Source: a bacterium
GTDB lineage: Bacteria; UBA8248
Direction: 5' to 3'
Assembly (NCBI GenBank): GCA_965204535.1
Contig: CBDBEV010000001.1
Span: 576,001-640,000 of the forward strand
DNA: 64,000 bases
The notes under the pieces were generated by a model that saw nothing but the letters and a program-made list of their open reading frames with translations, was not told where the DNA came from and did not search any database. Of this stretch, positions 17,726 to 27,150 are shown one piece after another. Numbering within the stretch: position 1 is the stretch's first letter; the number at the start of each line of letters is the position of its first letter. The position numbers and the translations under genes were made by a program.

Positions 17726-20080
17726 TCATCCCGGCGCCGTGAGGGCGCGCCTGCGCTCCGTGCTCATCGACCAGGGCAGCCACGCGGAGAGGTCCCCGGG
17801 CGCCCGGCCGCCGTTCTCCGCGCAGGCCGTGAGCCATGCCTCCAGCCAGCGGAGCGGGTCGACCCCGTTCGACGCGAGGGTTCCGAGGACCGAGTACATC
17901 ATCGCCGTAAACCTGGCGCCGGCCTCGCTGTCGGAGCCGAACGAGAGCCGCCTGCCGATCACAGGGCCCCGAAGCGCACGTTCGCTGGCGTTGTTATCCA
18001 TCGGCACCGAGGGGCGTTCGATGAAGACGCTCAGCCCCTCGCGGTGGTTCAGCAGCGAGCGAAGCGCCTTGCCCTCGCGCGCCTGCGCGGGCAGAGCGGC
18101 CATCTCCCGTCGGGCCTGCGCGAACAGGTCCTTGAGCGCCTTCTTCAATTCGTCGTGCGCCGCGTCGAACGCCGCATCCTGGCGTTCGACGCCCGGGTCG
18201 TAACTGGCCAGGCGCGCCTCGTTCAGGCGGTAAAGCAAGGCAATCCGCTCGATCCATCTCTCGCACCACGGCGTCAGCCGCTCATCGCCGGCGGCGCAGT
18301 GGATATAATCGCGCCGGACGTGACTCCAGCACCATGCGAGAGTCACCAGACCCCCGGGAATGCGCGCCAGCTTCTTGTAGGCGCTGTAGCGGTCGCAGAC
18401 GATGACCGTATGGGAGCCGGCCGCGCCGAACAGCTTCATCGCGACCTCAGCACTCCGCGAGGGGTCGACGTGGAAGTAGACGGAGTCTGCGCTGACCGAG
18501 GTCCACAGCCAGGCGCGGCTCGAGCGTCCTTGTTCGCGAAGCGACTGAACGCGCCACGTCGTCTCGTCCCCGTGACGCACCGCCGCTTCGTTCTGGCGGT
18601 CGAGGATCGCCGCAGCCAGCGGCTCGAAGAGCGGCGTGAAGCGGTGCGTGCTGTCGCCCAGTGTGCCTGCAGAGACCGGAAGCCCCTGGTCGGAGAGCCA
18701 CGCGGCGACCCGGCGCAGCGGGCGGAAGCAGGCGTAGCGCTCGAACAGGAAGCGCGCCCACACGCTCGTCCCGTAAGGCGTGCCCGCGAACAGGCGCGGC
18801 GCGGCGGGCGCCGACACTTCCACCGGAGACGACGCGCACGCGCATCTCCTGCGCCATCTCGGACGGCGGATGACGCGCTTGTGGGCCGAGACTTCGATCT
18901 CGAAGATGGAGGAGACCTCGGCGCCATTGGCCACGTAGGGCTTCCCGCAACCGGCGCAGACGCGCGCACCGGCCGGCGGGTTGCGAACTTCGGTCCTCTC
19001 ATCGAGCGCGGGCCGCGGGGTGCGGCCATGACCGGCGGCGCCGGGTTGCCGGCCGCGCCTGCGCTCCGAGCGCGGCCTCTCCTGCCGTTCGCTCTTGCGC
19101 CCGAACAGTCTTCTCGCCAGCACCGCTCCGGTGGCGCGAAGCTTCGCGAGATCGGCCTCCAGCCGCGCCCGGATGGTCTCTGACTTGCGGAGCGCCCTGC
19201 GAAGACGCCCGTTCTCCCTCGACAGCGACCTGAGCGCCGTCTTCTGGCGCCGCGACCTCCCCAGGGCCTTGCGCAGTTCCTCATCTGCACGAGACGGCGA
19301 CTTCGAGCGCGCCGCCTCGAGAGCGCGCAGCAACCGCGCCTTCAGCCGTTCGGTCGCAATGCCTACGGCCCCCAGGGAGACTTCAAGACGGTAGACCTCC
19401 GCAGACAGCGACTCGACCACCTCCGCCTGGTCGCGCAATCGCCTCAACTTCCTGTAGAGCCCGATGGCCTCCTCGTCCAGGCTCCGAATGGTCTCCTTGT
19501 CGGTCGCCGACTTCTGCTTCTCCAGGGCCAGACGATCTTCGAGCCGGGCAACTTCCTTCTCCCGCCGGCCGACCTCCTTGCGCAGGGCATGAATCGTCTC
19601 CTTGCGCTCCTCCAGGGCCTTGCGCAGCCGCCCCGCCTCCCCCGGCGACGGCACGCCCGAGAGCTCCTTGCGAAGCCGGACGACCTCCATGCGCAGCGAC
19701 ATGAGCGGGCTGCGCTTGCGCGGATCGACCCCCGCCTCCGCAAGCAGCTTCTCCAGCCGCGCCACTTCCGCCTTGAGCGACAGCGCGTCCTTCGCCGCGC
19801 GGCGGGCTTCCTTCGCCTCCCCGGCGGCCGCCTCGAGCTTCTTCCGGCTGGCGTCGAGATGCCGCTTCAGCTTGCCCGCACGGGAGCGGGAATCCACTTC
19901 CGCCCAACGCAACTCCTCGCAGCGCGCCTCCGCCGCCTCCGCGCGCGCACGCTCGCGCTCGTACAGCGAACGCCAGTACGCCTCTGCGGTTGTGGACAAC
20001 CCGGGGGAATGAGGCCATGGCTCATCCGGCCTCTCGGCCAACGCCAACTCCGTCTCGACAGCTTCTGCGCGAATCTTCAT
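17726..20080 (-). CDS. tnpC: IS66 DDE transposase TnpC with long N-terminal coiled coil
   Basis: LFGRKSE, zinc finger CAGCG...CAC, HGDET, VCDRY, CWSHVRR, DNNASERALR. Confidence 0.92.
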   Translation of the reverse strand: MKIRAEAVETELALAERPDEPWPHSPGLSTTAEAYWRSLYERERARAEAAEARCEELRWAEVDSRSRAGKLKRHLDASRKKLEAAAGEAKEARRAAKDALSLKAEVARLEKLLAEAGVDPRKRSPLMSLRMEVVRLRKELSGVPSPGEAGRLRKALEERKETIHALRKEVGRREKEVARLEDRLALEKQKSATDKETIRSLDEEAIGLYRKLRRLRDQAEVVESLSAEVYRLEVSLGAVGIATERLKARLLRALEAARSKSPSRADEELRKALGRSRRQKTALRSLSRENGRLRRALRKSETIRARLEADLAKLRATGAVLARRLFGRKSERQERPRSERRRGRQPGAAGHGRTPRPALDERTEVRNPPAGARVCAGCGKPYVANGAEVSSIFEIEVSAHKRVIRRPRWRRRCACASSPVEVSAPAAPRLFAGTPYGTSVWARFLFERYACFRPLRRVAAWLSDQGLPVSAGTLGDSTHRFTPLFEPLAAAILDRQNEAAVRHGDETTWRVQSLREQGRSSRAWLWTSVSADSVYFHVDPSRSAEVAMKLFGAAGSHTVIVCDRYSAYKKLARIPGGLVTLAWCWSHVRRDYIHCAAGDERLTPWCERWIERIALLYRLNEARLASYDPGVERQDAAFDAAHDELKKALKDLFAQARREMAALPAQAREGKALRSLLNHREGLSVFIERPSVPMDNNASERALRGPVIGRRLSFGSDSEAGARFTAMMYSVLGTLASNGVDPLRWLEAWLTACAENGGRAPGDLSAWLPWSMSTERRRALTAPG

Positions 20081-20270
20081 GCCGACATCATTAGCACATG
20101 TCGAATCGCGTTACCAGTCGCCCGGGAAAATTCTATCCGATGGAGGCGATGCGCCCGGCGCCGGGTCCATCACGGCCCGCCCGAACGCTTACTCGTGTCG
20201 AGTAAGCGTTCGGGCGGGCCGTGATGGTAGTGCCTTGAAGCAGTAGTTCGGGCCGGAATGGGGGATGATT

Positions 20271-21143
20271 TTACCGGTTGAGGACTTGCTTCCAGTTTCT
20301 GCGCAACGGTCGTAGCCAGATGTCCTTTTTCGGTTGGTCTCGTTTCGTGTATCTGTCGTAGCGTCCACGCCCCTGGGTCATACCGACGTGAATCCACCCC
20401 GATGCCCTGTAGACGGCGCCGGTGTAGCGCGGCGTCTCGACGAAGGTCTCGACGAGGACGGGTGTCGTGCCATAGCGCTCGGTCCAGTCCTCGGGCAGGC
20501 GCCTGCGGATGATGGCGAGGAGGTGTGAGCCGAGGTTGAGGATCCTGATCCATGGCAGGATGAGGAACCTCGGGTTGTCGACCACGAGGGGGAGGTTCTT
20601 CTCGCGCAGCTGCGGCGTCCAGCCGATGAAGCTGTCGCGCGGGGCGAGCTTCCACGCGGCGGTGGAGAAGCCGAGCATGGCGAGGGGCCTGCCGCCCCGG
20701 TCGTGGACGGCGTAGCGCATCTGCGCGCCGACGAGGGTCTTGTAGCCGAGGTAGTGGTAGCGGGCGACGAACTCGTTCCAGAGCCTGCCCTCGCGGGTTC
20801 CGCGCACGGCGACGCGCATATCGAGGGGGCGGACTTCGTCGAGGGTCTCAGGCGCCGGGATGAGGGGAGGTTCGGTGTCGGGTCCGAAGACGATCGGCCC
20901 GGGCCGGTTCTGGCGCCACTTCGGTGGGGGCAGCGTGATCAGGCCGTCCTTGTGCATGGCCAGCATAGTCACCCGGGCCATCATGTCCTTGAGTCCGCCG
21001 TCGGGCTTGTACCAGCCGATTCGGCGGCAGAACTCCTTCGATAGCGCATGGCGGTTGAGCGCAGGTGGACCTGCGATCAGTTCGCGCAGCAGCGCCATCT
21101 CTTCCGTCGTGAAGTCGCGTCCGTGGTAGCGGCACTCGGTCAC
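20271..21143 (-). CDS. DUF4338 domain protein, copy 2
   Basis: Identical translation to 16849-17721. Confidence 0.8.
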   Translation of the reverse strand: MTECRYHGRDFTTEEMALLRELIAGPPALNRHALSKEFCRRIGWYKPDGGLKDMMARVTMLAMHKDGLITLPPPKWRQNRPGPIVFGPDTEPPLIPAPETLDEVRPLDMRVAVRGTREGRLWNEFVARYHYLGYKTLVGAQMRYAVHDRGGRPLAMLGFSTAAWKLAPRDSFIGWTPQLREKNLPLVVDNPRFLILPWIRILNLGSHLLAIIRRRLPEDWTERYGTTPVLVETFVETPRYTGAVYRASGWIHVGMTQGRGRYDRYTKRDQPKKDIWLRPLRRNWKQVLNR

Positions 21144-21147
21144 GGCG

Positions 21148-23502
21148 TCATCCCGGCGCCGTGAGGGCGCGCCTGCGCTCCGTGCTCATCGACCAGGGCA
21201 GCCACGCGGAGAGGTCCCCGGGCGCCCGGCCGCCGTTCTCCGCGCAGGCCGTGAGCCATGCCTCCAGCCAGCGGAGCGGGTCGACCCCGTTCGACGCGAG
21301 GGTTCCGAGGACCGAGTACATCATCGCCGTAAACCTGGCGCCGGCCTCGCTGTCGGAGCCGAACGAGAGCCGCCTGCCGATCACAGGGCCCCGAAGCGCA
21401 CGTTCGCTGGCGTTGTTATCCATCGGCACCGAGGGGCGTTCGATGAAGACGCTCAGCCCCTCGCGGTGGTTCAGCAGCGAGCGAAGCGCCTTGCCCTCGC
21501 GCGCCTGCGCGGGCAGAGCGGCCATCTCCCGTCGGGCCTGCGCGAACAGGTCCTTGAGCGCCTTCTTCAATTCGTCGTGCGCCGCGTCGAACGCCGCATC
21601 CTGGCGTTCGACGCCCGGGTCGTAACTGGCCAGGCGCGCCTCGTTCAGGCGGTAAAGCAAGGCAATCCGCTCGATCCATCTCTCGCACCACGGCGTCAGC
21701 CGCTCATCGCCGGCGGCGCAGTGGATATAATCGCGCCGGACGTGACTCCAGCACCATGCGAGAGTCACCAGACCCCCGGGAATGCGCGCCAGCTTCTTGT
21801 AGGCGCTGTAGCGGTCGCAGACGATGACCGTATGGGAGCCGGCCGCGCCGAACAGCTTCATCGCGACCTCAGCACTCCGCGAGGGGTCGACGTGGAAGTA
21901 GACGGAGTCTGCGCTGACCGAGGTCCACAGCCAGGCGCGGCTCGAGCGTCCTTGTTCGCGAAGCGACTGAACGCGCCACGTCGTCTCGTCCCCGTGACGC
22001 ACCGCCGCTTCGTTCTGGCGGTCGAGGATCGCCGCAGCCAGCGGCTCGAAGAGCGGCGTGAAGCGGTGCGTGCTGTCGCCCAGTGTGCCTGCAGAGACCG
22101 GAAGCCCCTGGTCGGAGAGCCACGCGGCGACCCGGCGCAGCGGGCGGAAGCAGGCGTAGCGCTCGAACAGGAAGCGCGCCCACACGCTCGTCCCGTAAGG
22201 CGTGCCCGCGAACAGGCGCGGCGCGGCGGGCGCCGACACTTCCACCGGAGACGACGCGCACGCGCATCTCCTGCGCCATCTCGGACGGCGGATGACGCGC
22301 TTGTGGGCCGAGACTTCGATCTCGAAGATGGAGGAGACCTCGGCGCCATTGGCCACGTAGGGCTTCCCGCAACCGGCGCAGACGCGCGCACCGGCCGGCG
22401 GGTTGCGAACTTCGGTCCTCTCATCGAGCGCGGGCCGCGGGGTGCGGCCATGACCGGCGGCGCCGGGTTGCCGGCCGCGCCTGCGCTCCGAGCGCGGCCT
22501 CTCCTGCCGTTCGCTCTTGCGCCCGAACAGTCTTCTCGCCAGCACCGCTCCGGTGGCGCGAAGCTTCGCGAGATCGGCCTCCAGCCGCGCCCGGATGGTC
22601 TCTGACTTGCGGAGCGCCCTGCGAAGACGCCCGTTCTCCCTCGACAGCGACCTGAGCGCCGTCTTCTGGCGCCGCGACCTCCCCAGGGCCTTGCGCAGTT
22701 CCTCATCTGCACGAGACGGCGACTTCGAGCGCGCCGCCTCGAGAGCGCGCAGCAACCGCGCCTTCAGCCGTTCGGTCGCAATGCCTACGGCCCCCAGGGA
22801 GACTTCAAGACGGTAGACCTCCGCAGACAGCGACTCGACCACCTCCGCCTGGTCGCGCAATCGCCTCAACTTCCTGTAGAGCCCGATGGCCTCCTCGTCC
22901 AGGCTCCGAATGGTCTCCTTGTCGGTCGCCGACTTCTGCTTCTCCAGGGCCAGACGATCTTCGAGCCGGGCAACTTCCTTCTCCCGCCGGCCGACCTCCT
23001 TGCGCAGGGCATGAATCGTCTCCTTGCGCTCCTCCAGGGCCTTGCGCAGCCGCCCCGCCTCCCCCGGCGACGGCACGCCCGAGAGCTCCTTGCGAAGCCG
23101 GACGACCTCCATGCGCAGCGACATGAGCGGGCTGCGCTTGCGCGGATCGACCCCCGCCTCCGCAAGCAGCTTCTCCAGCCGCGCCACTTCCGCCTTGAGC
23201 GACAGCGCGTCCTTCGCCGCGCGGCGGGCTTCCTTCGCCTCCCCGGCGGCCGCCTCGAGCTTCTTCCGGCTGGCGTCGAGATGCCGCTTCAGCTTGCCCG
23301 CACGGGAGCGGGAATCCACTTCCGCCCAACGCAACTCCTCGCAGCGCGCCTCCGCCGCCTCCGCGCGCGCACGCTCGCGCTCGTACAGCGAACGCCAGTA
23401 CGCCTCTGCGGTTGTGGACAACCCGGGGGAATGAGGCCATGGCTCATCCGGCCTCTCGGCCAACGCCAACTCCGTCTCGACAGCTTCTGCGCGAATCTTC
23501 AT
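21148..23502 (-). CDS. tnpC: IS66 transposase TnpC, copy 2
   Basis: Identical translation to 17726-20080. Confidence 0.92.
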   Translation of the reverse strand: MKIRAEAVETELALAERPDEPWPHSPGLSTTAEAYWRSLYERERARAEAAEARCEELRWAEVDSRSRAGKLKRHLDASRKKLEAAAGEAKEARRAAKDALSLKAEVARLEKLLAEAGVDPRKRSPLMSLRMEVVRLRKELSGVPSPGEAGRLRKALEERKETIHALRKEVGRREKEVARLEDRLALEKQKSATDKETIRSLDEEAIGLYRKLRRLRDQAEVVESLSAEVYRLEVSLGAVGIATERLKARLLRALEAARSKSPSRADEELRKALGRSRRQKTALRSLSRENGRLRRALRKSETIRARLEADLAKLRATGAVLARRLFGRKSERQERPRSERRRGRQPGAAGHGRTPRPALDERTEVRNPPAGARVCAGCGKPYVANGAEVSSIFEIEVSAHKRVIRRPRWRRRCACASSPVEVSAPAAPRLFAGTPYGTSVWARFLFERYACFRPLRRVAAWLSDQGLPVSAGTLGDSTHRFTPLFEPLAAAILDRQNEAAVRHGDETTWRVQSLREQGRSSRAWLWTSVSADSVYFHVDPSRSAEVAMKLFGAAGSHTVIVCDRYSAYKKLARIPGGLVTLAWCWSHVRRDYIHCAAGDERLTPWCERWIERIALLYRLNEARLASYDPGVERQDAAFDAAHDELKKALKDLFAQARREMAALPAQAREGKALRSLLNHREGLSVFIERPSVPMDNNASERALRGPVIGRRLSFGSDSEAGARFTAMMYSVLGTLASNGVDPLRWLEAWLTACAENGGRAPGDLSAWLPWSMSTERRRALTAPG

Positions 23503-24368
23503 GCCGACATCATTAGCACATGTCGAATCGCGTTACCAGTCGCCCGGGAAAATTCTATCCGATGGAGGCGATGCGCCCGGCGCCGGGTCCATCACGGCCC
23601 GCCCGAACGCTTACCGTGTCGATCGTTGCGTAGTCCTCCTCCAAAATACGACCTCGCAATGTTCATTCAGAAACCACTAGTCCGCGCCCCATGCAGATGC
23701 ATGATTCGCGTTGTGGAGTAGTCAATCACAACGATGATGATCTTTTGAAGGGAGCGCTCCGCCCGCGGCGTAATCGAACAACTTCCGGCTTTTTTGTTCA
23801 TGCGCGTCTCTTCTTTCGTCCCGTTCGCTCATCCTGCATGCAGATGGGAGTCTGCACCGCTTGCACCCAGGACGGAATAAATCAATAACCGCCCGTTTGC
23901 AAGGGTTTTCGATATTCAGTTTCCAACGCTTTTTGCGTATTCGCGCCCGACCCTGCGAGCGGCTGCTCGGAAGTGCGGCGAAAAAGTTCTTTTGTCGCGC
24001 GCCTCACTTGGCCCGAACGTCGCAGGGCCCGGGCGGGCGTTCATCGCGCACGGCCCCCGAGCCCCGCCTTGCACGACGGGTTCCGGGAGCCTCGGTTGCT
24101 CGATCTTACCGAAACGCAGGGCAAGCTCAGGAGCCAAAGGCTCCGGCTTTCGCTGCGCTACGCATTCTAAGCTTGAGGCCGGGGATTTGGGAGCTTTCGA
24201 TCTAAGGATGTTCATGTGAGCCTTCGGCCGTGAAGCCGACTTCCATGACGTGTATCCTCAATCGACTTATCTAGAACTCCAAAAGCCGCTGTTCGCTATT
24301 CGCGCTTGGCAAGGGGCAGTACTTGCTTATAATTGGCTTGCCAAAAGAAAAATGGATAGAGGACGAAA

Positions 24369-25211
24369 ATGTATAACTTGCTTGTTCAGTATATGCCTTG
24401 GGAAGGTGGGAGGGGCACTATATTAACAAGTCGTCTATTTGAACACACCGACGATATACTTCAAGAACAATTCAAAGATGGCGATTTGGTTCTATTGGAC
24501 AAGCTGATTCAATTCCCGTGTTTGTTTATGCAGGAAGGCACGGAAGATGAGCTTGCGCATGTAGGAACAATCACACGTGCACGACGTTCTGGCACCGATA
24601 TTTTGATCGATTATCTCTTCGATCCAGATGTCGACCCAGTTCCTAACAAGGTCATTTTCGCGAATAAAGACGAGTTTGATATGCGAGAACGGTTTGAGTT
24701 CAGCAGAACACATTGGGCACTCAAGGATGTCGACTTGTTCCGCGTGCTCCTCCGACTTTCCCAACCTCTTCGCCAAAGCCCAAAGGTATTCTCGATATCC
24801 GAGAGTGAGATAATTGAGCGCACACTAGTATCCGTAATGATGCCGTTTGATTCGGGGTTTTCCGACGTCTACGAGGCGTTACAAGAAGCGGCGACAGCAG
24901 TTGGACTTCGGTGTCGTAGGGCAGATGAAATCTGGGAAAATCCTGCAATCATTCAAGATATAGTGACGCTAATAGACAAATCTTTTCTGGTGGTATGTGA
25001 CTGTACAAAGAGAAACCCAAACGTATTCTACGAAATCGGTATTGCCCACACTCTTGGGCGTGAGGTGGTTTTGATTACTCAAGCTCATGAAGACATCCCC
25101 TTTGATCTCCGCCATCTGCGCTATATCCATTATCTTAATAATGGTGAGGGGCGTCAGGCGCTCAAAGCGGCGCTCTGTGAACGTTTTAGCTTCCTTCAAG
25201 AAAACCTGTAA
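24369..25211 (+). CDS. protein with C-terminal nucleoside 2-deoxyribosyltransferase-like (TIR-like) domain; putative defence protein
   Basis: VMMPF, RADE, II.DI..LI, CDCT.RNPNVFYEIGIAH, IPFDLRH motifs; unknown 140-aa N-terminal domain. Confidence 0.75.
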   Translation: MYNLLVQYMPWEGGRGTILTSRLFEHTDDILQEQFKDGDLVLLDKLIQFPCLFMQEGTEDELAHVGTITRARRSGTDILIDYLFDPDVDPVPNKVIFANKDEFDMRERFEFSRTHWALKDVDLFRVLLRLSQPLRQSPKVFSISESEIIERTLVSVMMPFDSGFSDVYEALQEAATAVGLRCRRADEIWENPAIIQDIVTLIDKSFLVVCDCTKRNPNVFYEIGIAHTLGREVVLITQAHEDIPFDLRHLRYIHYLNNGEGRQALKAALCERFSFLQENL

Positions 25212-25633
25212 TCGTAGTCATTGCCCATAGTTGAGAAAATCGTTCGTCAGCGGGGTGATACTGCCAGATTTGGTGTATGTGCTGAATTGAAGAAGGCGGC
25301 GCATTCCTGCTGAAATGTAGTTTTGAAGAATTTTATTTCAGCGAGAGAGGAGACGCGCCATCATGGGCAAAGATACGATGGTTTGTTTTTCGAATTCAGT
25401 CTTTCGGGACAAACTCAGCGGACTGGTGCGCAACGGCACTCGGCGGGTCCAGATCGCCTCACAAGCGGTCATAGCGCGTCAACACCTAGGGGTAACACCG
25501 TCTTCGTATCGATCCAGATCGAGAATCTGAACCGTGGTATCGTCCAGCAAAAAGGACCTCCTTATCCTCTGACGCGTGCCGATTGGATCACACACATGAA
25601 TATTCAAGCAGATCAGTTGGTTGGCGACAAAAC

Positions 25634-26545
25634 TCAATCGCATAACCCCATCTGGATATTGAACCATTCCTGGTTTGTCATTCGACCAGCGCGGTAGAGG
25701 TAAGTTGCCTCCATCTTCTTTTTAACCTCCTCTTCTGATTTGCCGTGCACCGCTTCCAGCCTGACTTTTCGGGCCATCTCTGTCTTTGGGCGTGCATGGC
25801 AGTGCCAATCCTTCCCAGATATTTCCTCAGTATGGTCAATCATGAGCTCGTAGTCATCAAACTTGGGAAAGTTCTGGTCCGACGGACAGGGGTGCTTGAT
25901 CATTCCGGCAAAGGTCTGGAACCCACATTCGTAAGTCTCGACGCGGTCCCAATCCTTATCCGCGTCATCGACCGGGGCATCTATCTGCGTCGAAAGCATC
26001 GCTCCACAGTACGTACACTGATATTCTGCCACCTGCTCCCGAAGTTCTTCGATCTCGGCCTGGAGATCTTGTATCGCCTCACCACTCGTGATCCGTTCCA
26101 GTTCAGCACGTGGGTGTGCACGATAGATATCTGGTCGGACTGTCCTCAGGAGCATGATAGCGGCCTCTTGGGCACTGACCCGGCGGGTGTCAATCGCGAA
26201 TTTGTCCGAGAGTGAAGAGCTCAGCTGGACTACCTCGTGCTTGGTGACGCCATGCCAGATTGGCAAGATTTTGAGATCCTCCTCGACGTCACGATTAACC
26301 AGACCTCGGAGTTCATAATCGGGCCAAGCCTTGCCGATGAAAGCTCTGCTTATCACGACAATGCCGAATCTAGCGCCAGTTATTCCTTTGTCGATCTCGC
26401 GGGTGATGCTGTCGCCAACGTCCAAGGAGAATTCGTCATACCAGACCGACATCCCAAAATTTCGCAGCGCAGTCGCCAGTGAGCGGACAAACCCGTCCTT
26501 ATCTTCTGATGCGTGGCAAACGAATACATCGTAGTCTTGTGGCAT
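25634..26545 (-). CDS. TIR domain protein (TcpC-like) with Cys-rich C-terminal domain
   Basis: YDVFVCHASEDK, VWYDEFSL.VGDSI, W..YEL catalytic Glu, ILPIWH; CTYC, ECG and HPCP in the C-terminus. Confidence 0.88.
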   Translation of the reverse strand: MPQDYDVFVCHASEDKDGFVRSLATALRNFGMSVWYDEFSLDVGDSITREIDKGITGARFGIVVISRAFIGKAWPDYELRGLVNRDVEEDLKILPIWHGVTKHEVVQLSSSLSDKFAIDTRRVSAQEAAIMLLRTVRPDIYRAHPRAELERITSGEAIQDLQAEIEELREQVAEYQCTYCGAMLSTQIDAPVDDADKDWDRVETYECGFQTFAGMIKHPCPSDQNFPKFDDYELMIDHTEEISGKDWHCHARPKTEMARKVRLEAVHGKSEEEVKKKMEATYLYRAGRMTNQEWFNIQMGLCD

Positions 26546-26742
26546 CAGGTCGCTCCCTTCGACGTACCTATAGGCTTCCGAGGATGGTTTTAGCAGGTTT
26601 AGTACTTTGGGTCATTTCCGTTTCGGCGATGACCGGCTTGCAATGTGCTCTTACATGGCCGCGGATTTCGGGAGGGTATTCGATTCAATAGTTATGGGGA
26701 TGTCATACCGACAGGCCAGCCGAAAACCTACGAATCAAAGCA

Positions 26743-26955
26743 TCAACGGAATTTCACCTCGGTGCCATTCACCGCTTCCTTGGATTGTTTTCCTGCCTTG
26801 AAGCTTACGACCTTGCGAGCGCTGATGAGCGCTTCCTGACCCGTCTTCGGGTTGCGCCCCACGCGAGCGTTCTTCTTCCTCATCTGGAAGGAGCCGAAGC
26901 GCCTCAAGATGACGGACTCGCCACCCTTAAGTGATTCCTTGATGGTGTCGATGAT
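26743..26955 (-). pseudogene. 5'-truncated IHF/HU family DNA-binding protein
   Basis: Manual translation IIDTIKESLKGGESVILRRFGSFQMRKKNARVGRNPKTGQEALISARKVVSFKAGKQSKEAVN...; an in-frame stop lies just upstream with no start. Confidence 0.85.
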
Positions 26956-27060
26956 ACAGGGGGTTCAGGCGACCCCGCCGCGTGCAGTTCAGACGCAATC
27001 AGGCATCCTGTCCTACATTCGGCGGTAACTCCCAAACATTTGGAACACCTGAAATTCGTT

Positions 27061-27141
27061 TTGAATTTATTCAATTTACATGGTTTTCGACCATGCAAAT
27101 CATATATTGATGAAAACACCTTGAAAATATTTTGAAAATAT
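27061..27141 (+). promoter_or_regulatory. AT-rich promoter region with inverted repeats upstream of abiEi (possible autoregulatory operator)
   Basis: TTGAAT-TT-ATTCAA, CATGGT-N5-ACCATG and tandem TTGAAAATAT; AbiEi proteins are known to bind promoter IRs. Confidence 0.4.
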
Positions 27142-27150
27142 GAAATTTTA

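Larger units (their letters stand above)
16780..20192 (-). mobile_element. IS66-family element copy 1 (3413 bp)
   Basis: Perfect 26-bp terminal IRs GTAAGCGTTCGGGCGGGCCGTGATGG; 8-bp TSD TCGTGTCG at 16772-16779 and 20193-20200. Confidence 0.93.
20202..23614 (-). mobile_element. IS66-family element copy 2 (apparently identical to copy 1)
   Basis: Same 26-bp IRs; own 8-bp TSD CGTGTCGA at 20194-20201 and 23615-23622; ORFs identical at an offset of 3422. Confidence 0.93.

Noticed and set aside
16780-23614. Tandem 3.4-kb duplication as an assembly artefact
   Set aside because: Each copy has its own distinct 8-bp TSD, offset by 1 bp
24369-26545. Thoeris system
   Set aside because: No SIR2-SLOG or TM-macro ThsA adjacent, and the genes are convergent rather than operonic
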